DNA of 64,000 nt. Source: Octopus sinensis (taxonomy: Eukaryota). Below, one piece after another: positions 25,731 through 40,092 of this stretch. Position 1 is the stretch's first letter. The number at the start of each line of letters is the position of its first letter. The position numbers were made by a program, and so were the translations under genes. The notes beneath the pieces are model-generated. The model did not search any database. It was given only the letters and a program-made list of their open reading frames with translations, and was not told where the DNA came from. The stretch is from NCBI RefSeq assembly GCF_006345805.1, contig NC_043009.1, positions 2,170,001 through 2,234,000 of the forward strand. The letters run 5' to 3'.

Positions 25731-27167
25731 AGCTAGCTTTCAAGGAGTCGAAAATCCAAGATGTGGTAGCTGGAAGCAGGGTGTGAGAGTTGCCCCAGAA
25801 CCCAGTCGGTCTTCCTTCAAGTCGAGTCAACTGCTGTAATATGAAGCGACACGCTTTGCTCAATACGATCTTAAGGAATATCACGAACTGGATACTGTAA
25901 CCATCAGTCCACAGAAGTTTCCTTAACGGTTATATAGATTGTACTTCTAACCTGTCAAGTGTGTACGCAGAAGCTTTATCGTTTAGGCTCAAATTTAATT
26001 ATTTAATTTAAAAAGAAAATACCGTTGTTGCTGTTACTCACGTCTAAGATCTCAACGTCTTCTTTCTGAGTGAGATATGCAATTGATATAAACTTTCCAC
26101 CACACTTGTACATTTAAATAATTACACTAAAAGAAACAGAAAAGTCAGTGAAAATTGACTTCACTCTATCCATTCTTCACATCATCCTTCTTCGTATTCA
26201 ATCATTATTTTACTGATAATGTATCAAGCATCGATCGAATCCAATGACTTCCTGCTTCACTGATTAATTAGCATTAGTCAATAGCGTTGGAGTACAATAG
26301 ACGTTTCATTGCGTACAGTTTTATATACCAGCGTTCCACGCTTACTAATCAATCAAGCGATTATTGGAACAGATCTCCACGGTTAAGGCTTCTAATTGGC
26401 CCTATTCACATCACAGAATAGAAAACCTTTTTATGGCCTTGTTTCAATTCTCTAGTTTCTACTATTACTTTTATTTATTATTTCTCTCTTTATTATTATT
26501 ATTTTTTTTTTGCATTTCTATTACAGAATTCCGTTCTTCGAGAGTGTAGCATGACAGATGGTTCTCTAATCGTGTATCTAATTAGGAGAACGCTCTATTT
26601 ACAATGGTTCCTTTGTTTCAAACATTCACATCTTACGAATTCCATAGCTCTAAAATGGATCAATGGTCTAAGAAGATTTTCACCGAACTATGACAATTGT
26701 TATTATTTTTATTAGTATTATAACAATGTTAAATATATATGTATATAGACATATGCACTATGCATATTTATGTGCACGCATACACGCACACATACATATA
26801 TATGTGTATGCACGTATATATATATATATTATATATATATATATATATATGTGTGTGTGGTGTGTGTGTGTGTGTGTGTGTGTGTATCAATCATAAGGGC
26901 GCATGCATACGTTTACCCCCTGTATATTTGCTGCTGATGTTTTTTTTTAATAAATGTATATATATATATATAGATATGTAGAGGGAGAGAGAGAGAGTGA
27001 GAGAGATAAAGAGAGACAGAAAGTGAGAGAGAGACAGAGAAATACGTAGATAGGTAGATATATATATATATCTATATATATTTATACTGATACACATATA
27101 CATACGTCAATAAACATTTGTTTGTATGTGCATATGTATAACCATATATACATACACACACACATAC

Positions 27168-27242
<75 letters not shown>

Positions 27243-27422
27243 ATATATACATGGCCAAACACTTCCTTTATACAAATATGCAGCCAACTATATATATATA
27301 TATAATTTTATATATATACACAGACATAAATATATATATACATATACATACATACATGTTTCATATATATATACATATACACACATATATACATATACAT
27401 ACACACACACACACACACACAC

Positions 27423-27463
<41 letters not shown>

Positions 27464-29839
27464 GCAGGTATATATTTATATATATGTACGTATATTCACA
27501 TAACTGATGCATACATATAATTGATTTATATAGTCATTCAAGTGAATTATCGGCATTCCATTGTTTCTCATTAGAGTCAGACATCAAGGAGAGAATACTT
27601 TTATTGATTTTTTTCCCCCCGTTTCTATATACTCAGGTAGTTTCATATCAGAAGTGAAATGAAGCTCTTCCAAATATGGCAAGAGAAATCGGTTCGAAAA
27701 CTCACCTTAAAGTGAATTGCAGCTACCTCAAATAATTTGTTATAAGTACGACGCGTTCGTATACGCATAAACGTGCATACATGCAGTTATACATACGTAT
27801 ATATATACATACATGTATATAGGTATATGTATACCCACACGCACTCATACACCCACACATATGGAAATATGTATGCTTGTATACATGTATGTATGTGTAT
27901 GTACTCTTATATTGTTCCGACTCATCCGTCTAAAAGGCCCGATATTGGGGGCGGGCATAGAAAACAAGCAAATAACTTTAACCGTTTTCATGAAGCCGTG
28001 GTAAATAGCAATCATGAACTGAGTGTAACATAAGTGTATATATATATATATTATATATATATATATATTTACATATATATATGGATATACATATATATGT
28101 ATGGATATACATATATATATGTGTGTGTGTGTATGTGTGTGTCTGTGGCAATAAATTTATATGCATGTGTATATGTATATCGATCTATCTAGCTATCTAT
28201 ATACATACTTACGTACACACACACCCATATTTATATATATATATATACATATTCATAAATTGCATATGTCAATATTTATATATGTTTGTTTATATTTGCA
28301 CACATACACACATGTATAAAGATTTATATATATATATATGAATGCATTGTTATCTGTATATGTATGTATATACATGCTTAAATAAATACATACATAGATA
28401 CATATACAGATATTTATATTTTTGCGTATAAGCGTGTTTGTCTTGTGCTGTGTGTATTTTACTTTTAATGGTAAACTCTTCAAAATTATTCCTCTAACGT
28501 AGGGGCAGATTTAGCTGTACGGAATATAAAACTACAAAAACAAAAAAGAAAAACGTAAAGAAAGGAAATTCCAAGCCTGATTTATTTCCTTACCGTTGTT
28601 GTGTTGAGGACGAAAACATAAGCAAGATCGGTTGAAATTGATAAATGGCATTTAGAGGGCCATTGCTTGGAAATGACTCGTGTCAGTAATATTGAATGTA
28701 AAGTTCTTTTGACGGCTTTTCTACTCCCCGATGGCAGTCTTTCCATATACATCCTGATTGCTGTTATGTATAGGTTGTCGAAAAATCATTGACGATGTTT
28801 CTTGTCCCCGCTAGCGAAATTTACAAATATATTCTGACTCTTTATATTTGCACGACGTGTCGAAAAGTTAATTTATTAACTGAAATATCTGTGATAAACG
28901 ACCAAAGAAGTAAAAGGTAATTGTTGGAAAATAAATGTATAAGATAAGGTATTGTTCGCAAGTACGAAACTATTTAGAGTTCTTAAGCGTTGAGCTGTCA
29001 GCAATTTTGTATATATATTCTTCGTTCAGACAGAGTAATGACGGATGAGCTACCGTATATATCCCTTTGGGTGGTGGTGAGGGAACGTGACGACGGTGAG
29101 GAGAAGAAGATCAAAAGTAACGAAGGCTGTAAAACTAAAGATGGAACGAGAGAAAACAGAGGTGGAAGAGAGAGCAAGAGAGGAGAGACATAGAGAAACG
29201 GAGTGGGCGAGATGTGGGGTGATAGACTGGGGAGGACTGTTGGTTTTTACTTGACTAATAACATAAGTAGATTTCTTTGGACGATGCTTTAATAAAAATA
29301 CGTGTCAGGTTTATATTATGATAACAATAAAATGCGCATTTACTATTCTTTCTAATTATTTCTGTTTGTTTGTGACAACTTATGTGAAAGCCTTCCTGAA
29401 ATATGATAAAGTCTTTGTTAACTGTAATTGGCAACGTATTTCAAATACCAAACTGTCCGGAGGGAAGTATAACGCTGCAATGACATAGCGTCTATATACG
29501 TACTTCCGTTTGAAACTGAAATATTCTCTGATGAAAGTGAGCAACACTTTCACTTATTTTATACTTTGTAGGAGATTCCTTAAGCGGCATCAAAATCTGT
29601 ATTGTGTTTAAAATCTCAGAAATTGTTTGGCTTATACGGGGAGGCAATAGTATTGTCTAAACAAATATTTACCATTCTTTCCTTTGCCTTTGTACTTGCT
29701 ACTGTTGCTGTGTAGTCCAAGATCAGCTTTAATCAAGCAGATTTATGATTAAAGTCGTTTCACATTCCACCTTCATTTTAACAGACACTGTATTTAGGAA
29801 CACAGTCTCTGGTGTATCCATTGTTGTGTAATACGATTT

Positions 29840-30120
29840 GGCTTTATTTGGTACATGTTTAGCTGTTATTTTCTTGCTGCTTGAGCTAACGCATTGGAGC
29901 GCTCTCTCTCTCTCTCTCTTACGAGATTGGTGCAACACATATCAGTATTCGATTGAATGAATGGCGAAAGGCGTTGATCAGGAGTCATATTTCCAGTGAG
30001 TTTCCACCTGTACGTGGTTAGAAGTAATTCTATTTCATTTATATCATTGAAACCATTGAGAAATAACACAAAGCTCATTTATCAGTCAAAAGTATGTTTG
30101 ACACTTGCCAAACAGGTCGC
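29840..30120 (-). mobile_element. Old dispersed repeat, possible APE-endonuclease relic (copy 2)
   Basis: FLNGFNDINEIELLLTTY...TPDQ...NTDMCCTNL, with a (GA)n insertion. Confidence 0.35.
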
Positions 30121-30344
30121 TTCTAAGCACTTAGAAATACCGGCTAAAATTTCCTCAAATCACATTGTAACGTCGTATGCAAGGGAAACACACTTTCCAT
30201 AATGAAGTATTTCTCACCTCTAAAAGGAGTGTTTTGCTACGTTGAATGCAGTTCCACAAACAAACAATAGTAACAATTTACTAAGAATTCACTGAGAGAT
30301 TGGAAGTACAGATAGGGTAAAGGTCCTTCTCGTATTTTACAGAA

Positions 30345-30560
30345 TCATGGGGTGGGTCTCCTGGTTTCTCTGGTGTATATATTACTTCACCTGGACGGGA
30401 CGCCTGTCAATCGCAGGATTACTCATTTTTGCCAGATGAGAGGTCTGGAGCAACGTGAAAATGAAGTGTTTAGCTTAAAAACACAACACGTCGCCCGGTC
30501 CAGGAATCGAAATCACAGTCTTCCGATCATGAGCCCAACACTCTTAACTACTAAGCCAAG
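30345..30560 (-). mobile_element. tRNA-derived SINE, head C + tail Y
   Basis: CCGGTCCAGGAATCGAAA..., GGAGCAACGTGAAAATGAAGTG, CTGGACGGGACGCC motifs. Confidence 0.8.
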
Positions 30561-30729
30561 CGCTCCTGCCGATGACGCATAGAATACATCTGAAAACATA
30601 GTCTATCCGAATCTTTGGGATTTCACACACAACTGAGAAATTTTAGAGATGTGCGTCGAATAAATATTTATGTCTACTGAGAATAAAAACAACTGTAAAA
30701 AGAAGCAGCATTGTATGTTTGACTAGTCT

Positions 30730-30941
30730 TTTACTCTTTACTTGTTTCAGTCATTAGACTGCGGCCATGCTGGGGCACCGCCTTGAAGAATTCTTTGTCA
30801 AATGAATCGACACGTATTTATTTTTTCTAAAGTTTGATGCTTACTATCGACATCTTCTGCTGTAACGATGCTGTAGTGGGACATAAGCACACGAATATCG
30901 GTTGTGAATCGGTGATGGGGAGCACTCACACACCATCCCTA

Positions 30942-31020
<79 letters not shown>

Positions 31021-31110
31021 ACATAGGGGGATGTCACGCAGTGAGTCTGAACACGGAAGCATATGGTTGGGAAGCAAACTTCTTACCACTCGGCTACGCC
31101 AGCGCCTGCC
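30730..31110 (-). mobile_element. Family-A-like SINE with internal (TATC)n expansion
   Basis: Tail TTTACTCTTTACTTGTTTCAGTCATT, head CTTCTTACCACTCGGCTACGCCAGCGCCT. Confidence 0.75.
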
Positions 31111-31282
31111 TTTTTTTATTTTCCACTTTAATGTTTTCTGTTGTAATATTTCTGCAAATGTGAACAAAAAGCGTTATTTAATACATTATTTCCTCCAAAT
31201 GTCCCTTGATTTGGTAATCCAGCCAGGGCTGGCTACAATGATAAAACTTAGATTAATTTCTCCGATAGTCTACCAACAGTAA

Positions 31283-31314
<32 letters not shown>

Positions 31315-31711
31315 AAAAGAAAGTTAGCAAGAAAAAATCAAACGCCAATAAAATATTGCGAAAGAGATGATTATACATATATACATATGTATGTATGAAT
31401 CAATGTGTGTGCGTGTATGTGTGTATATATATATAGCTGTTGCAATTGTGTAGCATGATATCAATGTCTGATGGCGTAGATCTGTGATCAAAGACATTGC
31501 AGCCTTGAAAGCTTGGACTTTTAGGAGTAGCTCGGATGAAATCCGTGTTTTTAAAAGACGGTATGCTATGATTAACAGGTTATTTGATTGCTATTTCAAC
31601 GAATTCCAAAGAGGAAGTAAAGACATTGAAATTCGGTGACTTCTACTACCCCAGCCTCTGCTGCTCCAGCTGCTGCCTCTCACCCTCCTCCTCCTCCTCC
31701 TCCTACTACTA

Positions 31712-31758
<47 letters not shown>

Positions 31759-31799
31759 ACTACTACTACTATAATTATAATAAAAGAAATAGTTGTTTA

Positions 31800-32010
31800 T
31801 ACCTTCGGCACAAGGTCTGAAAATCTTAAAATTATTTAGTGGAGGTGAGGGTTAGTCGAGTACATCAACCCTAGTGTTCAACTGGTTCTCATTTCATCGG
31901 CTCCGGAGGAATAAAACACGAAGTCAGTCTTAGTAGAGTTGAAATCAGGATATGCACGGAGACGATATGCCGCCAAGTATATTTAACCCTGTTGTAACGA
32001 TTCTTCTAAC
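31800..32010 (-). mobile_element. Degenerate family-B SINE
   Basis: GGCACAAGGTCTGAAA tail motif and decayed core. Confidence 0.6.
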
Positions 32011-32359
32011 TTGATGTCTCGTACAACAACAATAACCCTTAACACATTTGTTGTTATTCGATAGTTTCAATTTGACTCCGTCCCTTCACTGCTCTACGGC
32101 TTGCAGTTCTGCGTGCGTTGGGAAGGCGCAGTGTTTAGTTAATTTTACTGTGTCGAAGGTGTTTATGTGGGCAATCCCTAGCAGTGTAATTTTCCCTATG
32201 TTATCCATATTTGTCAGACCTGGAAGTGTGATTATGCGTTTCTTTTTAACCATTCCCGAAATAGCTAATTGTGATAGGGATTGTTTCGGGAAACAGAGGC
32301 AGTCGGATGTTGGTATGGACTACGTTTCAATGGCCAGTATATATCTATATCTATATGTA

Positions 32360-33200
32360 AAACATAATTAAAGGAAGGGATCATTAGAATTAATGAATTT
32401 TATTAGTAGCCAGCATATAAAAAAAAAACCTTTGAGGTAAAATACATTTACAGGGATATATAATTATATAGGGTACAGTTATATTAAGGGCACAAAGGTA
32501 CAAAGAAACTATCATGCCTATATGCTGAAAGAAGACGCCGAATGCGTTCTACCACTTCAAATATTCACTCCACATATATTTTACACAGATTGAAAGCGGG
32601 AAAGCAGACTGACTAAAAATTCATTAAATAATTCAGATAGTTTTGTATTGATCAAGTGGCTGGAAGTAATCGGCATCTTCTTTCAGCATATACGCATGAT
32701 AGCTTTTGTGCCCTGAATTATAACTGTACCCTATACAGTTCTATACCTATATAAATATATTTTATCTTAAGGTTTTTTTTTTATATGCTGGCCACAGATA
32801 AGATTCATTAATTCATTGGTTTTATCCTTTAGTTATGTTTTAAATATGGACCATTCACTAACCCATTCACTTCGGGTCAGTTTATTTACCTCTGTACTAC
32901 TCTCACCAAATACACACTTGATGTGGTGGACTGCGAATTTCGATGCGTATATATTTGTGAATATTTATGCATGTGCTTTCCTGTGGGTATGTATAGATAG
33001 TTTCATTCATTTCGCTCAGTGTGTTTTGCTGATGAAGGAAAAGTTATCAAACTAATCCAGAAATTGATCAATCCTAAACTATCTGAATTATTTAATGAAT
33101 TTTTTGTCAGCCTGCTTTCCCGCTTCGACCTGTGTAAAATATATGTGGAGTGAATATTTGAAGTGGTAGGACGTATTCGGCGTTTTCTTTCAGTGTATAG
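32360..33200 (+). mobile_element. Non-autonomous PLE-like pseudo-LTR insertion: inverted block + partial tandem, with HHR
   Basis: 32360-32550 is inverted relative to 32660-32840; 32515-32655 is inverted relative to 33064-33200; HHR at 33017-33085. Confidence 0.75.
33017..33085 (+). ncRNA. Type-I hammerhead ribozyme with intact core
   Basis: GTTTTG-CTGATGA-a-GGA-aa-AGTT-ATCA-AACT-aa-TCC-a-GAAA-TTGATCAA-TC|CTAAAC; 10-nt palindrome ATTGATCAAT; the inverted copy reads ATA|CAAAAC, giving a perfect 6-bp helix I. Confidence 0.75.
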
Positions 33201-34148
33201 GCCTGACAAATGTTGTGCTCTTAAGTAAAATCGTACCAAATACAATTATATATCTCTTTAACTATACGTATTTGTGTGGGTTTGGGTTATGTTGGATATT
33301 GTAAACATTTGTATTGCATCGTTTATACGTTGTACATATAAAGAACTCTTTCAATTTCTCAAAGTATTTTTTAAAGCTGTTCTCTTAGTACTCCCACACA
33401 ATTGGACGTCTGACAAAATGTTTAACGGCATTTTTCTGGATCTAGTTGTAATAGTAGTACTAATCGTCATAACATTAGCAGTAATAACAGCAACACCAGA
33501 AATTGTATAACTGGTAGTAGTAGTAGCGGCAGCAGTAGCAACTGCAGGACTTTAGCTTAGGTAGCGATCATAGGAATGCCATCCGCTGTTCATAAGCTGC
33601 AGTAGAATTACAGGTATTGACATTGATAATTTCGTAGATAGATGTATGTTCACGGATCAAATAACGTAAGTGTTGGTGTTGTTTTTAGGGATGATGGAGA
33701 ATGTGTAGATGGTGTGATGGTTACCATACACGGTATGGGTATTGGTATTCTTATAGGAAAGAGTGTACTTGGTGATTCATGAAGTTTCCATGGGCACAAC
33801 GCTGCTGTTTCTTTCTTAATAACTTTGAAAGGCATTTGCACTTACAGAGGTATGTGTTAAGATGTAAGAAGACCATTTACGGTATATTTAAATCATTACG
33901 TTATATAATTAGGGTTCAGTAAAAAAATTTACTTTACCACACACCGAACTTTTAGAAATAGCAGCCCAAAAATTTTAGCTATTTCCTCTACTATAAGAAA
34001 AGTCTCCCAGACAATGTATGCTCAAAAATAATTCACGTAGGTATAGGGGAAAAATAACGAAAGATCACACGTACATCGATTACTTGAGAAATTTTATATA
34101 GATATGAATATATATATATATAGAGAGAAATAAATATATATATATATA

Positions 34149-34256
<108 letters not shown>

Positions 34257-34780
34257 AGGCTCATTTATTGTTACATATATGCATATGTATGCATGCGTGA
34301 AACTATCGATTACAACAAGGGATAAATTTATTCGTCATCAGTGATCGATCTAATAGTGGAATTGAAGGAAGAGAAATAAGGAAGGCAATGAAGAAAGTCA
34401 TCCGACATTTTGACTGTGAAGCGCAACGACTGATAATGGAAGAAATGTCCAGTTGTCATCAGTGTTCAAATTGATGACAAAACGGCTACAATGATGAAGA
34501 TGAAGCTAATGAAAATATTGGGAAAACATGCGGGGAGACATATAACCTCCATTAAAGATAGTTAAATCTGATGAAAAATCAGAAGTGAGATAGGTGACCT
34601 TAAATAGGTTTTAAAGACTTCAGCAGCAAGTTGGCAGATGAAAGAATTCAGGATGAGCAATCTATGGAGATAAAGAAGCAAATGTTCATTAGCATTCTTC
34701 TTATTAGTTTGGTCTCTTATCAGTGTTGAATGATTATTTGAATGCCGCTAAAACGGCTCAAAATTGTGTGTGCGTTTGTG

Positions 34781-34788
34781 TACACACA

Positions 34789-34878
<90 letters not shown>
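34781..34878. repeat. (CA)n microsatellite
   Basis: Direct reading. Confidence 0.95.
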
Positions 34879-34880
<2 letters not shown>

Positions 34881-35841
34881 TTAACAACAAGGATATACAG
34901 AGGTAATGGAGTACGATCGGTTCATGTAACTCCATTTAATTGAACAATGCAATCACAAGAGCAATTTCAAATGCAGGGCAATCTTCAGCTACACAAAGAC
35001 AGAGAATTTAATTAAATTAGAACAGATGGACATATCAGTATAAGCATACCTAAGATCTCTAAGAAGTTAAGGAAATAGACAATGAAAATGCTGTCCCAAC
35101 TCAAGTTTAGACTTATGACTTAGAAGTTATGTACGTATATATATATGTATTTATATATATATATATATAATATATATATATTGTTGAATGTACAAACTAT
35201 ACACACGCACTCACATATATTAATATGTATATATGTATATATATTGTTTTATGTACACACTATACATATACGAACTGCTAATAGTTTCATACCTTTAGCA
35301 GATGGCCGATAGAAGTTACAGATCAGGACAATTGAAGAAGAGAAATCCCGAGAAAATACGACAGGAATGTTGATGCAAAATGTGGAACGGGCAAGCAAAT
35401 GGAGAAAAAGGAAAGAAAAAATAGTAAGCATTAGAGTTATGTCCCTTTTCATTGTTATGAGACAAAACTAGTTGATGTAGAATCAACGGAAGGCACTCAT
35501 ATAGGTTGCAAACATATGGGGAAGTGTGTGTGTGTGTGTTTGCCTCCAGTGAAAAACCCAGTGTCCCGAAGGGATTCCAACGTTCAGTGAGCCGTGCTAA
35601 ATTGACAGTGTCCGCATAGGCAGCACCCCCAATCGTTTCCTCCCGTTTGATGGCACATCAGGTGCAGTATTAGGGTCGAAACTCTATTCCATAATCCTTT
35701 ATAGCATGATGGAACACACAACGCAAAATTGGAGCCAAATAATGGTAAATTAAATAGTAAAAATTCTTACCTATGTTCAGATATGAAATTGCAGCAGCGT
35801 GTTTGAGTAATAAGCATTAAAAATTTTTTTATGCGCCCTAT

Positions 35842-36132
35842 TCAAGCCTAGCCGGGCCCATGGGCCCGGTTTCTATAGCGTATGTGTTCCCCCACCCGCA
35901 GCTGGACGGGACGCCAGACCATCGCAGTGTTACTCAAGAAATAGGAAGGAAGAGTGAGAGAAAGTTGGGGCGAAAGAGTACAACAGGGGTCGCCACTACT
36001 CCCTGCCTGAGCCTCGTGGAGCTTTTTGGTGTTTTCGCTCTATAAACACACACAACACCCATCTGGGAATCGAAACCGCGAACCTCCGACAGCGAGTCCG
36101 CTGCCCTAACCACTAGGCCATTGCGCCTCCAC
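35842..36132 (-). mobile_element. tRNA-derived SINE, head D + tail Y
   Basis: Head identical in type to 3927; tail GATGGTCTGGCGTCCCGTCCAGC...GGGCCCATGGGCCCGGCTAGGC. Confidence 0.85.
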
Positions 36133-38094
36133 GTAATAAGCATTAGCAATCATTAATACTGAACGCACAGCGACTGTGTATTTGCCGGTAGGTTGCGAAA
36201 TGAGGCGGCGGAGAAGACTCTTTCAAAGCACCGGGTGTTAAAATGCCTGAAGGCCATGGGCAGGTGTGATAACTCATCTCTAATCCCATCCAGGAGTGAT
36301 GGCCAATTATTTGTCACCATTTTTGTGACTTTTGAACATCACGTACCCAAACAGGATCGGATATGAATCATTTCGCCTTTCTATGGCTTTGAAGTGCTTT
36401 AAAACTCGGCGCTTTGAGAGAGTATTCTCCATCACGCCATTTCGCAGCCTACCGACAAATGCACGGCGCAGATACGTTAAGTATCTGTGGTTGATAATAT
36501 TTGTTTCACTAACACGGCTTCTATTTCATATTTGGTTTTATTCTTACGCATGTATTGTCCAGTCATAGGCGCACAGAGTTTCAACGCTATATGTATATAA
36601 TTTGTGGATTGGCGAAATGTTTTATCTCCCGATCCTGTTTGTGTACATGATGTTGATAAGCCACATAAATGACGAAGCAGCGATATCCATACATTCACGT
36701 ACGCACACACAAACGGAAGCACGCACACACACACATATACATGCATATACACATCCACACGCAGACATGTACGCACACACATACACATTTAGAAGTACGT
36801 AAACGTCATAGTATGTCCCGAAATTTCGATATAAATTCCATAAAGGAAGAATAGGAAAAGAACAATCCTGATATATGAAAGTCAAAGGCTCGGAGTGGTT
36901 CTTTGGCTGCCCCACCACCACCACATAGGCAACTAAAACAGTAAGCGAATGCATGGTATATGTTACCGAATCATATCCGCTCTACAACGACGCCTGTGTT
37001 TGTACCAATTGCCGATGGTGATTTAGAATGGCATAATAGATGCAATTTATGTGCAAAATAGACGCATAACTAATTAAAAATAAAAAAAACCAATCAACGT
37101 ATTTCGACTAAACAAGTAAACTTCGCTCAGACTGTTCTACAGCTAATAACGATGTTCTGAATTGCTTTCAAAGCTGAAATACTTTCCCAAAATATCAAAA
37201 CAATAAAGAAATATAAATGTAAACTTACCGAGATAATAGAAATAATGGGATTATTTTTATACCTAATTATTCGTTAATTTCCGTATATGAGAGGGACACT
37301 AAAAATGTTTGTGCGATGCGTTTTGCATTTCCTCTCAGCTGAAATCTGTGTCGCAGTCAAAATTAATTTCATAATAAATTTGATTCTACTCTTCCAGTTC
37401 AGCTCCCGCCGTCAGTAAAGGTTTGGTTTTTATTCTAAAAATTCTTGAAATTCTTTGAAAATAACAATCCCTATTCTTATTTCTGTCGATCTGTGTGTCT
37501 GATTGTTTCTCGATTTCGTATCTCTCTCTCCCTCTCCTCCCCATTCCACATGCCTCTCTCTCTCACTCTCTTCTCCCATGTCCCTCTTTCTCTCACTCAC
37601 TCTCTGTATACTCACACACACATACATGTATATATAGTATTATTATTTATTCATGTATGTATATGTGTGTGTGTGTATACATGAAAATATGAGACGAAGG
37701 GACGAAAAGTTCTCGAATGTCAGTATACATATATATATATATATACATATATATTTAAGTACACACATAGGCATGCTAATACACACACACACGCACACAC
37801 ACACAAACACACACGCAAGCACATACACACGCAAGCACGTAGACACATATTTACATGAACATGCGTGTACATATAAACATTTTAACACATGCATATAAAG
37901 GAAGAAATGTTTTTATAATCACATACAATGAAGCTGAGATAATGTTATAAATACACCCGTTCCTGCAAACACATCCATCCATCCATCCATCCATAACATG
38001 CATACATGCGTTTTCGTCCTCTGCTACCCAAGAACACATATTCCATGTGTGTGTGTATATCTATATCTATATTTATATTTATATATGCATATGT

Positions 38095-38316
38095 ACTCTT
38101 ACACTTGTTTCAGTCATTTGACTGTGGCCATGTTAAAGTATCGCTTGTAGTCGATCAAATCGACCCCAGGACTTGTTCTTTGTAAGCCTAGTACTTATTC
38201 CATCGGTCACTTTGCCGAACCGCTAAGTTACTGGGGCGTAAACACACCAGCATCGGTTGTCAAGCGATGTTGGGGGGAAAACACGGACACACAAACACAT
38301 ACAGACACATACATAC

Positions 38317-38330
<14 letters not shown>
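38095..38330 (-). mobile_element. Family-A SINE 3' half
   Basis: TTGTTTCAGTCATTTGACTGTGGCCATG...CATCGGTTGTCAAGCGATGTTGGGGG. Confidence 0.85.
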
Positions 38331-38355
<25 letters not shown>

Positions 38356-38423
38356 TGTGTGTGTGTGTGTGTATGTGTGTGTGTGTATAAACAAAATATA
38401 TAATTTATGTATATAATATAAAC

Positions 38424-38762
38424 TAAAGACCCCCTTCGGTCATGAATGACCATGGGATTGCACCTAGAAAGTTACCCTCCTAGACACAAGTCCGGGCAAG
38501 GTTGTTTATGGAAGACCAGCAGTCGACCATGCATACCGGCCTCCCCTCTCCACGCCACCAGTGTTATCTAAGGGAAAGACAAAGGTCGATACAGCTTGGC
38601 ACCAGTGACATCGCAACTCATTTCTACAGCTGAGTGAACTGGAGCAACGTGAAATAAAGTGCCTTGCTCAAGAACACAACACGCAGCCCGGTCCGGGATT
38701 CGAGCTCACAACCTTACGATCGTAAGCTCGACGCTCTAACCACTGAGCCATGCGCCTTCATA
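38424..38762 (-). mobile_element. tRNA-derived SINE, head C + tail Z
   Basis: Head CCGGTCCGGGATTCGAGCTC..AACCACTGAGCCATGCGCCTTCA; tail (rc) CTTGCCCGGACTTGTG...GGTCATTCATGACCGAAGGGGGTCTTT. Confidence 0.85.
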
Positions 38763-38840
38763 TAATATACATATGTATATATCTATATAAATGTATATAC
38801 ACATATATATATATACATACATATATATATATATACATAC

Positions 38841-38873
<33 letters not shown>

Positions 38874-38888
38874 TATATAATAGTATAA

Positions 38889-38970
<82 letters not shown>

Positions 38971-38975
38971 ACAAG

Positions 38976-39012
38976 TCTTTAACGTTTCGAGCCTACGCTC
39001 TTCAACAGAAAG
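38976..39012 (-). ncRNA. Minimal HHR-like motif with variant CUGUUGA core
   Basis: rc: TCTTT-CTGTTGA-A-GAGC-GTAG-GCTC-GAAA-CG-TT|AAAGA; 5-bp helix I, 4-bp helix II, AACGTT palindrome; lies in a ~50-bp insert between (TA)n tracts. Confidence 0.55.
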
Positions 39013-40092
39013 ATACACAGAGATATATATATATATATACGATTATACTATTGCTATTCAAAGTCGTTTATCACGTGCCAGTGACATATATCGCCATAAG
39101 TGCGTTACAGAATAGTTTTCAAGTAGACTACTCTGAAGTCTATACCATTAAATCGTCTGCAGTTTCCCATTTATTCAGATAAACCGGAACGTTAAACTAA
39201 ATGAGACTGCTCACTGCATATTCGCCCTGTGTATACAACAAGATGGAGGTTAATGGTGTACTTTGGTATGAATATCAATGAAAGATAAACATTAACGTTG
39301 AGCTAATCCAATTCTGATGTATTCTCAGAAAACCTTCTACTATCAAATAGACTAAATGCTGTGCAATATAATGTATCTCTGTATTTGGTGATTTTCATTT
39401 TATTCGGTCAAGATTAGCGAAGTTATCTCCCATGTCATCGTCGTTGCAGATACCTGTGATAAAGCTTTTATGCCTTAAATATTGCCTTGTTATGTATGTC
39501 CATTTGATTGATTCATTTATTTATGTATTATTTATACTTAATTATTACCCCATTGCCCGCAGAAAAACAACATTGGCGTTATTTCAATTCACTTAGTTAA
39601 ACAGGGTTCAATTTGAAAGTACGCTACACACACACACACACACACAGACACACACACACACACACATACAGGAATACAGAAATAAATTATATATATAACG
39701 AAAATATACGCAAAAAATGCTCAATGTATATATAGGGCGCAGTCTTGACGAAGCGGGAAGAAGTTTGCTCTATAGTCCGCGGCACATTGGACAACTATTT
39801 TCTACTATAGTTTCGGCCAGACAAAAGCCTTGTGAGTTGAAGTGGTAGACGGGAGCTGATAAAATCGGTTGTATAAATATATATAGGTGTATGCAAAAGT
39901 AGGCATATAGTAAATATCACATCAATGTTATAATAATTAATTTACCAAAATATAAGCGCATCGGATTAGTTAGCCTCATTTTTGATATTTTCAGTGTTAC
40001 TAATCATAATAATACATTAATCATAACTATAATACTATTTTTGTTGTGGGCAGTCATCTAAAAGGTTTTGTTCGTCATGATGCTGACATAAG

